Assembly: GCA_964016885.1 (NCBI GenBank)
Contig: OZ024743.1
Location: 308,636,001-308,700,000 of the forward strand
From: Eledone cirrhosa
Lineage: Eukaryota
DNA: 64,000 nucleotides
Reading direction: 5' to 3'
Every line of letters begins with the position of its first letter. Positions within the stretch are counted from its first letter, which is position 1. Of this stretch, positions 1 through 12,043 are shown in pieces. Made by a program: the position numbers and the translations under genes. Below the pieces are notes generated by a model. It saw only the letters and a program-made list of their open reading frames with translations. It searched no databases and was not told the origin of the DNA.

Positions 1-252
1 ACATTGTTATACTGTATTGTTATTATTTGTGTACGTGTGAGAGAGATCTGTATTTACTATGCATGTTTATGTGATCTCTGTCTGTCTGTCTGTGTGTGTG
101 TGTTTACTACACAATGTTTTGGTTACAGCTCCATGTCAATAGCAGAGGTTAATTCAATATCGACCCACAAGGAATTTACTATCTGCTACCTATGGTTATA
201 ATACAGGTCAGTGACAAGGATTAAAGACATGATCTGCTTCAGTAATTCGCTA

Positions 253-996
253 TCTAAACTATAATAAAGTAAGGAGTGCGGGACTGCGTATGGTTTATAA
301 TTTTTTTATCCCATTAGTAAAATAAGTTGGATTACTTTGAATAAATAATTGTTTCTACTTCTGGCACAAGGCCAGCAATTATCCCAGTGTATTACTGGTA
401 CTTTATTTTATCGACCCCGTAAGGATGAAAGGCAAAGTTAACCGTGGCGGGATTTGAACTCAGACCATAAAGGACTTTGCTGCAAAGCATGGCGTCCAAC
501 CCTCTACCGATACTGCCAATCCATCTTTAAATAAACAATAAAATATATTTAATCAACAGCTACAAAATTTAGTAGATAAATTATGTAATATTCGTTCATT
601 ACTTTGAATAAATAATGAATGAATATTACATAATTTATCTACTAAATTTCGTAGCCGTTGATTAAATATATTTTATTGTTTATTTAAAGATTCACTTCTT
701 TAAAATTTTCAAGTGTCAACACTTCCGGTTAGCGACTGCTTAAATATACATTCATATATTTCCGTCACTAATTTTCTCCTAATGCAGTTTATATATAATA
801 TCGTGTTTTTTTTAATGTATCATGGATTACGTTACTGATTACATAAGACAGTGTAATGCAGTCTTCATTCAATTTCTGTGGATATTGTCAATTACGATTT
901 TATTTGATGTATCATATCTACATGCTTGCATATAATATCAATATGCACACTACACATGCTAGCAGAAAACCACCCGATGGGTGGTTTTTCTGCTAG
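253..996 (+). mobile_element. Non-autonomous Helitron, interrupted by a SINE
   Basis: Starts A|TCTAAACTATA and ends with a long hairpin plus CTAG|T. A close copy without the insertion lies at 41854-42319. Confidence 0.75.
350..523 (-). mobile_element. tRNA-derived SINE (family A, octopod-like)
   Basis: Minus strand has a B-box GTTCAAATCC, the body ttgcctttcatccttacggggtcgataaaataaagtaccag and the tail aagtagaaacaattatt. Flanked by the direct repeat attactttgaataaataat. Many copies in the window. Confidence 0.8.
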
Positions 997-2019
997 TCCC
1001 AATAAATCCATCTACACTGCTTTCGACATCTCTATTTTCAAATAAACTCTGGTCCTTTGTATGTTTTACATATAATTTAGAGCATTCATAGCATTTCTTT
1101 TTCCATATATTTGATTATTAAATCCAATAAAATGTGAAAAAAAAAAATAGTAGGTAGAAGTGGAAAAAAAATATTTCAGTAAATCCATTCAAATTCTACA
1201 TGAATGAATTCATATACAGTGTATATTATTAGAAATCTAGTTATGAAAGGGTTAAAAAATTATGAAAATAGAAAAAAAAAAGAAAAGGATGGAGAGGATG
1301 CTTCAATCATGCCATGGTATGGCAACCTCATTAGTATTGATGATCTACATGATAAACACACCCAGTACACATTGTAAAGTGGTTGGTGTTAGATAAGAGA
1401 TCCAACTGTAGAAATCTTGCTAAAGGGTTGGAAAGACCCTCAGTCATGTCAAGAACATGAGAATCTGTAAGTGAAATAACTGACCCCTAGCCTGTCTCAA
1501 TACTGAGTTGGTCTATGTAGACCTGTTCAAGTTGTTTTTTGTTAAAAACATAACATACACATGTATTATTGGGTATCAATTCTTTTCTAAATATAAATAT
1601 TTCCCCTCTGATTGTTTTTCTCATTTTCTACTGTGGTTATCACTGAATCACCCACCCCCAAGTGGCGTGTGTGTGTGCGCATACTATACCAGTGGTTCCC
1701 AACTTTTCATTACCAAAGAACCCTATTATTTAAATGAATTTCCCTCAGATTCCTTGCTACAATAACTCTTCTCTTAGTTAAATTACTATATTCCCTAAGA
1801 ATATATTTGGTCATTTACTCTTGGTCTCAAATTATCTCTTTCCCCACCCCTATTGATTTCTCAGATTTTTTCAAACCCCTGCTTATTAAATTTTGCTATT
1901 CTATCTCTGGTGAAATTTTATTTTAAGTGGTAGCATTCCTACAACAATCAATTTTTTTTATACATTAAAAAAAAAACAACCTATTTCACATGACAAAAAA
2001 AGTACATTACTAGAAATCC

Positions 2020-5000
2020 CATCATCATCATCAGCATTTTACGTCCGCTTTTCCCTGCTTGCAAGGGTTGGACGGGTCCTATTCAGCACAGCATCTCTCC
2101 ACTTGTCACGGTCCTTCGTCATCTCCTCGGTGAGTTTCAGCGATCTGAGGTCTGCTCTCACCACCTCCGCCCATGTTTTTCGTGGTCTACCTCTACTACG
2201 TCTTCCTTCAACTGGCATTTCCTGGCTCTTCTTCACCTATCGGTCACCCTCCATGCGCATCACATGTCCATACCATCTCAGCCTTCTCTCCTGCACACCA
2301 CAACTTATCCCTCTTATACCCAGTTTCTTTCTCAACTCGTCTATGCTTGGTCGTTCGCGCACATTGACATTGCACATCCAACGGAGCATACTTGCTTCAT
2401 TTCTCTCCAGTCGTCACCTATCTTCTGCATTTGCTGCTCATGTCTCACTACTATGCAGCATTGCGCATATCACACAGGCATCATATAACCGTCCTTTCGT
2501 ATGCAGGGAGAAACTACCCTTTGTCAACAGAGGAAGCAGTTCACTAAACTTCTTCCAACCTGTCCTTATTCTAGATACTATGGCCTCGCAACACACCCCT
2601 CCCATGCTAATCTGATCACCTAGGTACCGGAAGCTATCAGCCACTTCTATAGAACCCACCTGCATTGGAAAAATGAGTCTATCACAACGATTACTACTGC
2701 CAACTTTCCCTGTACATCTACTGCATACGTAGTTTTCCTGCTATTCCACTACATCTCTTGTATACCCAAGATCTGCATTGCGTACATTTTATGGAATTTA
2801 TGCCAGTTCCTTTCCTACATATCGAACATGGCCATTTCCCTGATGGAATCAGAGTATTGTCCTCTCTTCTACTTATCAACGCCTTTGTTTTAGCTATGTT
2901 CACTCTCAGGCCTCTTGATTCCAACTGCTGTTTCCATAGCCAGAATTTATTCTCTAGCTCTTTTACTGATTCTGCTATAAGAACCAGATCATCAGTATAG
3001 AGAAGTTCCCATGGGCATCCAGTCTTAAATTCCTCTGTTATGGCTTGGAGGACTATAATGAACAAGAGTGGGCTGAGGACAGAACCTAGATGTACACCTA
3101 CTTGTATCTGGAATTCCTCACTAAACTCCATTCCTATTCTCACTTTACTGACAGCACCCATGTACATAGCTACCACTGTCCTCACAAGCCATTCCTCTAC
3201 ACCTAATTTCCTTAGGGACTACCAGATGACAGATCGGGGTACCTTATCAAAGGCCTTCTCTAGGTCAACAAAAGCTAAGTATAGTGGCTTATTCTTCTCT
3301 AAGAACCTCTCTTGTAGTTGCCTCACTATGATGAGGCACAAAACCAAACTGTGTCTCATCTAAATTGACCCTTTCTCTAATCAGTTGCGCTAATATTCTC
3401 TCTGCCACTTTCATAACCTGATCCATCAGCTTTATGCCCCTATAATTGCTCCTCTCTAGAGAATTCCCTTTACCTTTGTAGCAATTTATGAGAATACTGC
3501 TGCACCAGTCTTTGGGTATGACACCACCATATATAGGTTGATTAATGATGCGTGCAACTAGTTTAGTGCCTACTTCTCCTGAAGCCTTCAGCATCTCAGC
3601 AACTATCCCCAATGGCCCAGCAGCCTTACCATTCTTCATTTCCTTAATTGCCTCTTGTACCCTATATTCATCAATCTCAATAGCTGGTCCCTCTGTCTGG
3701 TCTACTGGGGGTAATCCTCTATGTCCCATTTCTTCTCTACATTCATCAGTCTTTCATAATGACATTTCCAGGCCTCCTTCTTTTGATCAGTCGTGACACT
3801 AAGTGCACCGGCATCATTCCGGACACACTTATCTCCAACAACATCATGATTTGCACTGACACACTGCCTTGCAATGTGGAACAACGCACGTCTCTCATCT
3901 TCCCATCGCAGAACATTGGCAAACCTCCTACTCTCAGCTTCCCTGCGTGCTAAGTACATCTGACATCTAGCTTCTCTCTTAGCGGCTGTGTATCTGTCTC
4001 TACTCCCATCATTTACCCAAGCTTTCCATGCCAGTCTTTTGTCTCTAATGGCCCTATCTACCGTGCTGTTCCACCACCAGGTCACTCTCTGTCTGGTTGA
4101 AGCTCTGCCCCAACCACAAGTTTCTTCAGTAGCCTGCAGTAATTTGTCACGCAAGAAATTCCAGTTATCATCTATGTCATACAACTCTAAATCGTCTTCT
4201 TTTTCGTTGTACGCATCTTGAAGGGTTTTGTTAAATTTATATTTTAATGAAAGGTCTTTTAGCTTTCAGACCTTTCTTTTCCACACCTTCCTGTATGTCT
4301 CATTCTTTCTCTTGCTGACTGAGATGTCACAAACGACTAACCTATGCTGTGGGGTACATTCTTCCCCAGGGTAAGCCTATGTATTTGAAACCATCTGTTT
4401 GTCTCGCTGTCTAACTAGCAGGAAGTCAATCTGGGTTATGTGCTCACCTGATTTGTAGGCTATTAGGTGGTTGGTAGGCTTCTGGAAGTTAGTGTTGCAA
4501 ATGGTTAGTGCATTTGCATCACAAAATTCAAGAAGCCTCACTCCTTCTTCATTTCTTGAGCCGTAACCGCGCCCACCATGTACCCCAGTGTATCCATCCT
4601 GGAGCTGTCCAACATGTCCATTGAAGTCCTCTGCTAGCATAATGATGTCTCTGTCCTCTGTCATTGAGGCTGTCTGTAAAAGTTGCTCGTAAAAGCCGTC
4701 TTTCTCTTCTTTACCTAGGCTTGCCTGGGGAGCATAGGCAGGGAGCATAGGTCTCTTGCCTACACCTAACCTAAGCTTAATTATTCTATTACTAACTCTA
4801 ACTACCTCTATTGTCTTATTGATCCATCTCTCAGCCAGCAATATGCCCACCCCACCTAACCCATCATCATTACCCACCCAGAAAAGTTTATAACTACGAT
4901 GTTTGCCTGCGATTAGTCTTGCAGAGGCACCTCTCCATCGCACCTCTTGCACACATCCACATGCTTTCTCTCTAGCATCTCTGCAATCTCACCAGATCTA

Positions 5001-5650
5001 CCTGTTAGAGTGCCAACATGAAGTGTGGCAACTCTGAGATGCGACGTCTCGTTCTTTTTCCTGTTGTGCGATTGCTTGATGGTCGTGGGGTTCTCACACA
5101 TGGCCACACTAGCCACCCCACTACCGTGCACAGCCTTAACATGGTTAGTGTTATTGCTGTTTACGCAGTTGTTTTTGTGCGATTACTTGATGACGGTCAG
5201 GGGGTTCTCGCACATAGCCACACCAGCCACCCACTACCGTGCACAGCCCTAACATTGTTATTGCTGTTGACGCAGTTGTTGCAATTCTTATTTGTTGTGC
5301 TCATAATTTTGGCTTTTATTATACTGGTTGGATGCCCTTCCTAACACCAGCACCACTTTACAGCATGGACTGGGTGCTTTTTTTCGTGCCACCAGCACTA
5401 GAGAGGTTGTCATACTGGACTCAGGGGCCCTAACCACCCCCTCCGTTTTACAGCATGGACTGGGTGCTTTTATTCTTGCCACCAGCACTAGGGAAGTTGT
5501 CTTACTGGACTTAGGGGACTTCTCTACTCCGCACCAATTTATTCGGAGTGGTAGCTCTCCTAGACGAGTTGCCTACATTGCGGCTTACGGAGCCTCCGTT
5601 CGCCCATTGTCTGTTCTATGATATATTCATGAGGGAGTGGCTAGCATACA
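2020..5650 (-). mobile_element. RTE-clade LINE, near full length but decayed (APE endonuclease, RT, PHD-type finger)
   Basis: ORF pieces include QEVRW, AYAPQ, DFNGHVG and QIDFLL (APE), then NYRGIKL, QFGF, GSVLSPLLF and LLYTDD (RT), then FRYLGD and RGRPRKTW. (GAT)n tail at about 2020-2035. Multiple stops and frameshifts. 5' boundary approximate. Confidence 0.92.
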
Positions 5651-8600
5651 GTGTCAGACATGTATACCGAATGTGGTGGTGGTGGGGCGAGTGGGTGGGA
5701 AGTGAGAACTGTTGCCAGTCACATACACACAAATATAAATAACAAATATACAGCCATCTTTACGAAAAGTGAGAGCGTAACAGCTTCCGCTTTTCGTACA
5801 AACTGTTGTTACACATACTATTTGAACATAATTTGTAGATAAGAAGAAATAAAATGACACCTATCTTTTTAAATCCATATGTTATAAAATAAATAGGATG
5901 GGTTGGGATCTCATATGTAAACTAAACAACTAATTCTGTTTTTTTTTAAAAATCAAGAACAACAAAAACCTAGAAAAATTACTGATTTTCAAACCCCCCT
6001 CTCCACTAATTTCAATGAACACTGCTTATTCCAGCCCCTATTATTTGGGACCTGGAGTAGTTAAAATTACTATATTCATTTAAAAATATATTTGATCATT
6101 AAGTTCAACTTTTCAATGGTTTTATGGCTGGTGATTCTCTATGCACCATCAGTTGTTCAGTTGTAACTACTGGACTAAATAAATATATACATATACATCA
6201 GGTCTGAACACAATGGAATCAAACTCCTACTTGACTAATTTCATTTAAATTTCTTTTCAAATGATTTTCTCTAGGCAAAGGGCAAAAGTATGTTTAAAGA
6301 TATGTATTGTGTTCAACATAGAGGCTATCTTTCTATCAAATATGTATGTTGTGTACAATACTCTCTCTCTCTCATGCACACCCACCCACATTGTGTTCAA
6401 CATAGAGGCTATCCTTTGAGGAATATATATGTTGTGTACACTACTATCTCTCTTTTTTCTCTCTTTCACTCACTCTCACTCACACTATCTATCTTGTTCT
6501 ATAAGGCAGGGAAACTGGTAAGAAAGAAAAAGGGGCAAGTCTGCCTTACTGCATGAAACTTTATTAGCAAGGCATTCTTGAAGAGTTTAAAATGGCATCA
6601 TGCCTGACTGTATCATATAAAAAAATTGTTTTTACTCTGTTACTGGAAATTTTCACATTGATTTCTCCAGTAGTAAAGATACTATAAACATTTGAATTGA
6701 CAAGCCCATTTTCTTCAATATTTTCTGCTAAGTAACTGCAGGTTGTTAATAATTAACAACCATGCACACATAACATTATTTTTAGCATGTCTTCACATTA
6801 AATATTGAAGTCTTTTATTTAATGCTGTAAATATTCACAACAATCTGTCCACTTGTAAAGATACTATAAACATTTGAATTGACAAGCTCATATTTTAAAG
6901 ATATTTCTGTTAAATCATTGCAGGATGTTAAGAGTTAACAGATAACTGATTCCATTAACCAACCACAAAAAGAACCTTTATCATGTTGATATTGCAGCTT
7001 TCATTATGTTATTATTGCAGCTTTCATTAAAACTGCTTACAGCAAAACAAGGTCCATGTGTGTCCTAAGCAAATTAGGCAAAATTGGGGGTTCTTGAAAA
7101 TAAATAGGCACTAGGACAACTGAATAAACAATAATTCCAGTAGAAATATTTACTTCCAAAACTGAAGTGGGGAAAATATATTTGAACATTACCTCATTTG
7201 ATAGCAAACCACCTGAAATCACTCTTCGTTTTATGATAGAAAACTATATATTTTAAAGTGCTTATATTTATTTAAAAAACCTATTATAATTTTATGTAAG
7301 GACCTTTAAGTTATGTTTCAAATACCAGCTGATATTGAGAAAGTTAGGTCAGATACTAAATCGCCCCCAAATTCATGATTATTTAAAATATTATTTGAAA
7401 ATCATAGGCAATACCTTTCTTTAGAAATGTGGTAATTAAAGGGTTAAAAGAGAATTAGCTTTCATGCCAACAAAATAGATTTTGTTTAACAACAATTATA
7501 TAGGTCATCAGTGCTATCACATTTTAAAGAAAGACTTACCTAAAACTGTTTTGAGTTGATGACACCTCTTGGACTGTCCCGCTTCACTACTGACTTGGTC
7601 TATGTAGACCCATTCAAACCTTGCTAACAGGGAAAGCAGATGTTAAACAATGATGATGATAATGAACTTAGTAATGTTAGTGGCACTGCAAATAACAGTG
7701 CAAAATAAAACAAGTTCAGATCCTATTGAAAATTGGCTTAGCATAAGACTATATTTATATTCATCCTTTCCTGATACTGGCATGGGTTGGAGAAGACATC
7801 ATGGTTTGAGACAAGCCAGGTCAGATAACAATACCTTGCACATACTTTTCTTTTTCTTTTGAGACATTGCAACTACATGTCCATAGTATCAGAACTGTGA
7901 TCTCTTAATCTGGAGAAGTAGCAGATCTGAGAAAAGTACCAGATTTTAAACAAAATACTATTAATGAATGCAAATTAAGAATAAAGTTGTTCAATAAATA
8001 TTTTATTCCAAAGGCTATGAATTATTTTGTTAACAATGCTTAACTCTTTCATTACTATATTTCAAATAAAATATACCTGTGATTTTCAAACAATTTTGAA
8101 AATAATCAAGATTTTGGAGGACTCAAGTAAAATAATTAACTTTCTCATTATTAACCTGGTCTTTGGAGCATAACTTAAAGGTTCTTCTATACATTATGAT
8201 GACAGGTCTTTAGATAAATATAAACAATTTAACACTACCATTTCCATAATTTTAATGAAATACCAATGATTTTCACTTGATTTTTAAAAGAATCAAGAAT
8301 TTGGGGGGATTTATTAAAACAACTTCCTTCCTTATTTATAAACTTTTGATATCAAACCATTTGAAACCTCTGGTTTCGCCAATAATTCTAAACTGTTTAA
8401 ATTCATCTAAAAACCTTCCTTCATAGGTTGTTTTGGTGCCACCATAAAAAGCACCCAGTCTACACTGTATATGTAGTTGGCATTATGAAGGGCATCCAGC
8501 TTTAGAAACCAAGCCAGAAACAGTTCTGTTTGAGCAAGGCATGATCACCTGATCTGACTTATCTCATAATGAGACAACTCATCTAACCCATGCTAGCACT

Positions 8601-9506
8601 GAAAATGGACATTAAACAGTGATGATGACGAATCTTGTATTCCAAACAAGCTTAATAATGAGAAAGTTAGTTATACTACTAGATCTTTCCAAATTCTTGA
8701 CTACTTCCAAGATCATTTGAGGATTGTAGGCAATGTTTTGCATTAGAAATATGCTAACTAAAGGGTTAAGTGGGTGTTTAGAGCCTAACCTAAGATAGAT
8801 TCTTAGATAAATTATGAGAGGGTTCTTCATAAATATTTAACATTTTAAAATAAATGCATTTGTCATAGAGACAGTTTAATGTAGTTTAGTATCAAAATGG
8901 TTAATCCACAAACCTAGCTTTCTTAAAGATTGGTGAAGTAACCAAATATCATTCCTTCTATAAACAATGCTTTATGGACTAAGTATGGTTATATACATAT
9001 AATATAAGAGAAGTTGAGTTTCAACCTTCAACCTATTAATCATTTACAATGTCAAATCTAAGCCACAAAAACAAAATAAAGTACTATCTAAATGTAGAGA
9101 AAACTGAATAGTTAGGTAGGTCATACATACATAAAACAATGTATATATCTGGTGGTGGTGAAGTTAACATTGAGAGTAGAGCATTGCTTGTGGCAAACTG
9201 TTGATGGTGTGTTGATTAAAATGATGAGAATGAAGATGGTGAGCTAAGATGAATAAATCTTAATAGGAAACATATGAAACAGATAATCAGATATATCAGT
9301 TGCTTCTAGGAAATATATATATATATATGTATGTATATATATATAGTTAGAAAGACCAACAAGAATTGTACAAGTATATAGTAATAAACCTAAATTCACA
9401 CCGTATGTTAGTTATTATTTATATCAGAACGTGTGTGTGTGTGTCTTTTCCTCATATAACCCTACCTAGCAATAAAATGCAATAAGCCTAAACTATCTAA
9501 AACATA

Positions 9507-9550
<44 letters not shown>

Positions 9551-10129
9551 AATCATATCCTTCCTTAGGTATCCATCCATCCAGCACAAGAGACTTTGAA
9601 GTTGTGCTTTGGATGTATTTACAATGTGTTTATATATAATAGTCATACATGGGTCTCACTATGGGGATTTTAAGCCATGATCATTAGTTACCTCAGTAGC
9701 TATGTGAGAAGGACAGAATAGTGTTTAGCGATTTTTATCCATCTTCAGTGAAGCTTACTTACTTGCTACTGAGACACGAATAAACTTTGGGTTATATAGT
9801 TTTTGCCTATAAAACATCATCTCATTTGCATACAGTGTGAGTTTGGCTGGCTAGTATTAACAGCATTAGCTTAGTGTGATGCATGTATGTGTGTGTGCAT
9901 GTGTGTGCTCGTATGCACTCTGAGCCACTTTTTTTTTTTTTTTTTTTTTTTGCATAAAACTGAAAGAAATTCCCAACCTCAGATGTGAGTTACAAGTTGG
10001 CATAGCTACACATCTCTCCATCTCTCTTAATTTTTTAAAATCATGAAACTTGTGAAACTGGTAAAGTTATAAATTATTGTAAATAAACCTTCTTAAAGAC
10101 TCCAATTGCATTTTCAACTTCTTTTTCCT

Positions 10130-11950
10130 ATCATTATCATTATCGTTTTTATGTCCATTTTTCCACACTTGCATGGGTTGGGCGGGTCTTTTTTAGTACG
10201 GCATCTCTTCACTTGTTGCAATCCTTTGTCATCTTCCTTGTGAGTTGGTGATTTGAGGTCAGCCCTCACAACCTCTACCCAGGTCTTTCTTGGTCTACCT
10301 CTAGCGCGGCTTCCTTCCACTTGTATTTCCTGGCACTTCTTCACTCAATGATCATTGTCTATGCACATCACATGTTCATACCAATGCAGTATTCTCTCCT
10401 GCATAGTACCTTAAACCCAACTTCTCCCTCAACTCATCCAAGCTCTGCCTTTCTCTCACACATTAGACATCCAACAAAACATGGTTGCTTCATTTGTCTC
10501 CAGTCTACACATGCCCTCTGCAATCACAGCCCATGTTTCACTATCATGCGCATAGTACTTTGCATACAAGTGTCATACAGTTGGCCTTTTGTATGTAGGG
10601 AGAAACCTTTTGTGGTCAACAGTGGGAGTAGCTCTCTGAACTTTTCCCATCCTATCCTTATTCTAGGTATTATGCTCTCAGAGCACCTTCCTTCATTTCT
10701 AACTACGTCAACTACTTAGCAGAAGCTATCAACCACTTCTATGGGTCCTTCCTGTGACTGGGATAGGTTTACATCACTGGCTCTCTTCCCTTTGGTTACT
10801 CCTATGCATCTTCTACAAAAAAAGTCTTCCCTTCCTGTTAGTCTACATGTTATCCCACTACATCTCTTGTGTACATAGTATGGAGTTTATGCCTACTCCC
10901 TTTCTACATATTGAGCAGGGCCACTTCCCTGAAGGAATCGGGGTCCTATCTTCTCTCCTGCTCACTAACACTTTAGTTTTGGTTAAGTTTACTCTCAGGC
11001 CTTTTGATTCTAAATTATTTTTCCATTGTTGGAACATATTTTCTAGTTCTTTAATGGATTTTAGAGGAGATGGTCACCACTTTAGAAGATGCGTTGTTCA
11101 GCAATTTAGAGGGGTAGTTCATTTCCCTAGTTTGGTTGAATGAACATCTCTTCTATAGGTTGTTGTAGGTGTATGTGTAACAAACGATTAAAAAAGGGAC
11201 ATACCTCGATGATTATATATATACATAAGCACTTTTAATCAGTGAAATAAACAAGACAGGTTACTATATCTGTTGCTCCTTGATTTTGTATCAGATATTA
11301 TCATGAAGTGGATGTGTTTAAATGTCTCATTGACCACATGGTGCAATATAGATGTTACGTGCCAGTAAATACGTCTGGTCTCATCAAGGGCCAAAGTCGA
11401 AGAGAGGAAGTCTTTAGCTAATGACGTCAGAACTAAGGGCAGTTAATAGACTGTTTCTAAAGTCAAAAAGCAGGTGGCGTCATCTTGCTACAGATTCAGC
11501 TAAAAGGACCCGGTCATCTGCATAGAGAAGTTCTCATGGACGGCCAGTTCTGTTATAGCCTGGAAAATTATAATGAATAGTAGTGGGCTCGGAACCGAAT
11601 CTTGGTAAATGCCTACTTGAATCTTGAATTCCTCACTAAACTCATTTCCTACTCTCATTTTGGTGACAGCTCTTCTGTACATGACTTGCACTGCTCTCAC
11701 CAACCATTCTTCTACACCCAATTTCCTTAAGGACCACCAGATAATAGATTAGCGTACTCTGTCAAATGTTTTTTCTAGGTCAAGGAAAGCTAGGTATAGT
11801 GGGTTCTTTTTGATTAAGAACTTCTCTTGTAGTTGCCTCACTAAAAAGAGAGCACATGTAGTACTTTTCTCGGGCATGAAACAAAAATTCATCTCATCTA
11901 ATTTGACTCTTTCTCTAATTAGTTGCACTATAACTCTTTCCATAACTAAA
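10130..11950 (-). mobile_element. RTE LINE, 5'-truncated, interrupted by a 432-bp insertion
   Basis: RT fragments LYLAFLDLEKTFDRV and RGRPRKTWVEVV, plus the family 3' terminus with a degenerate GAT tail. Confidence 0.88.
11061..11492. mobile_element. Probable solo LTR inserted in an RTE copy
   Basis: RTE sequence resumes on both sides. 4-bp direct repeat GATT (11057-11060 and 11493-11496). Termini T(-)TAG...CTACA with about 19 nt of imperfect inverted similarity. No ORF. Confidence 0.55.
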
Positions 11951-12043
11951 ATTATAAAGAGCCCAGTACTTATACCTTGAGCTCATTAAATTACAATGGA
12001 TTAACGTGAGTCTTCAACTCCGTTTTTCCATTTGATATATATA

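Noticed and set aside
129-206. Possible exon between ttacag| and |gtcagt
   Set aside because: All three frames from this acceptor contain stops and there is no recognisable homology. A UTR exon cannot be excluded.
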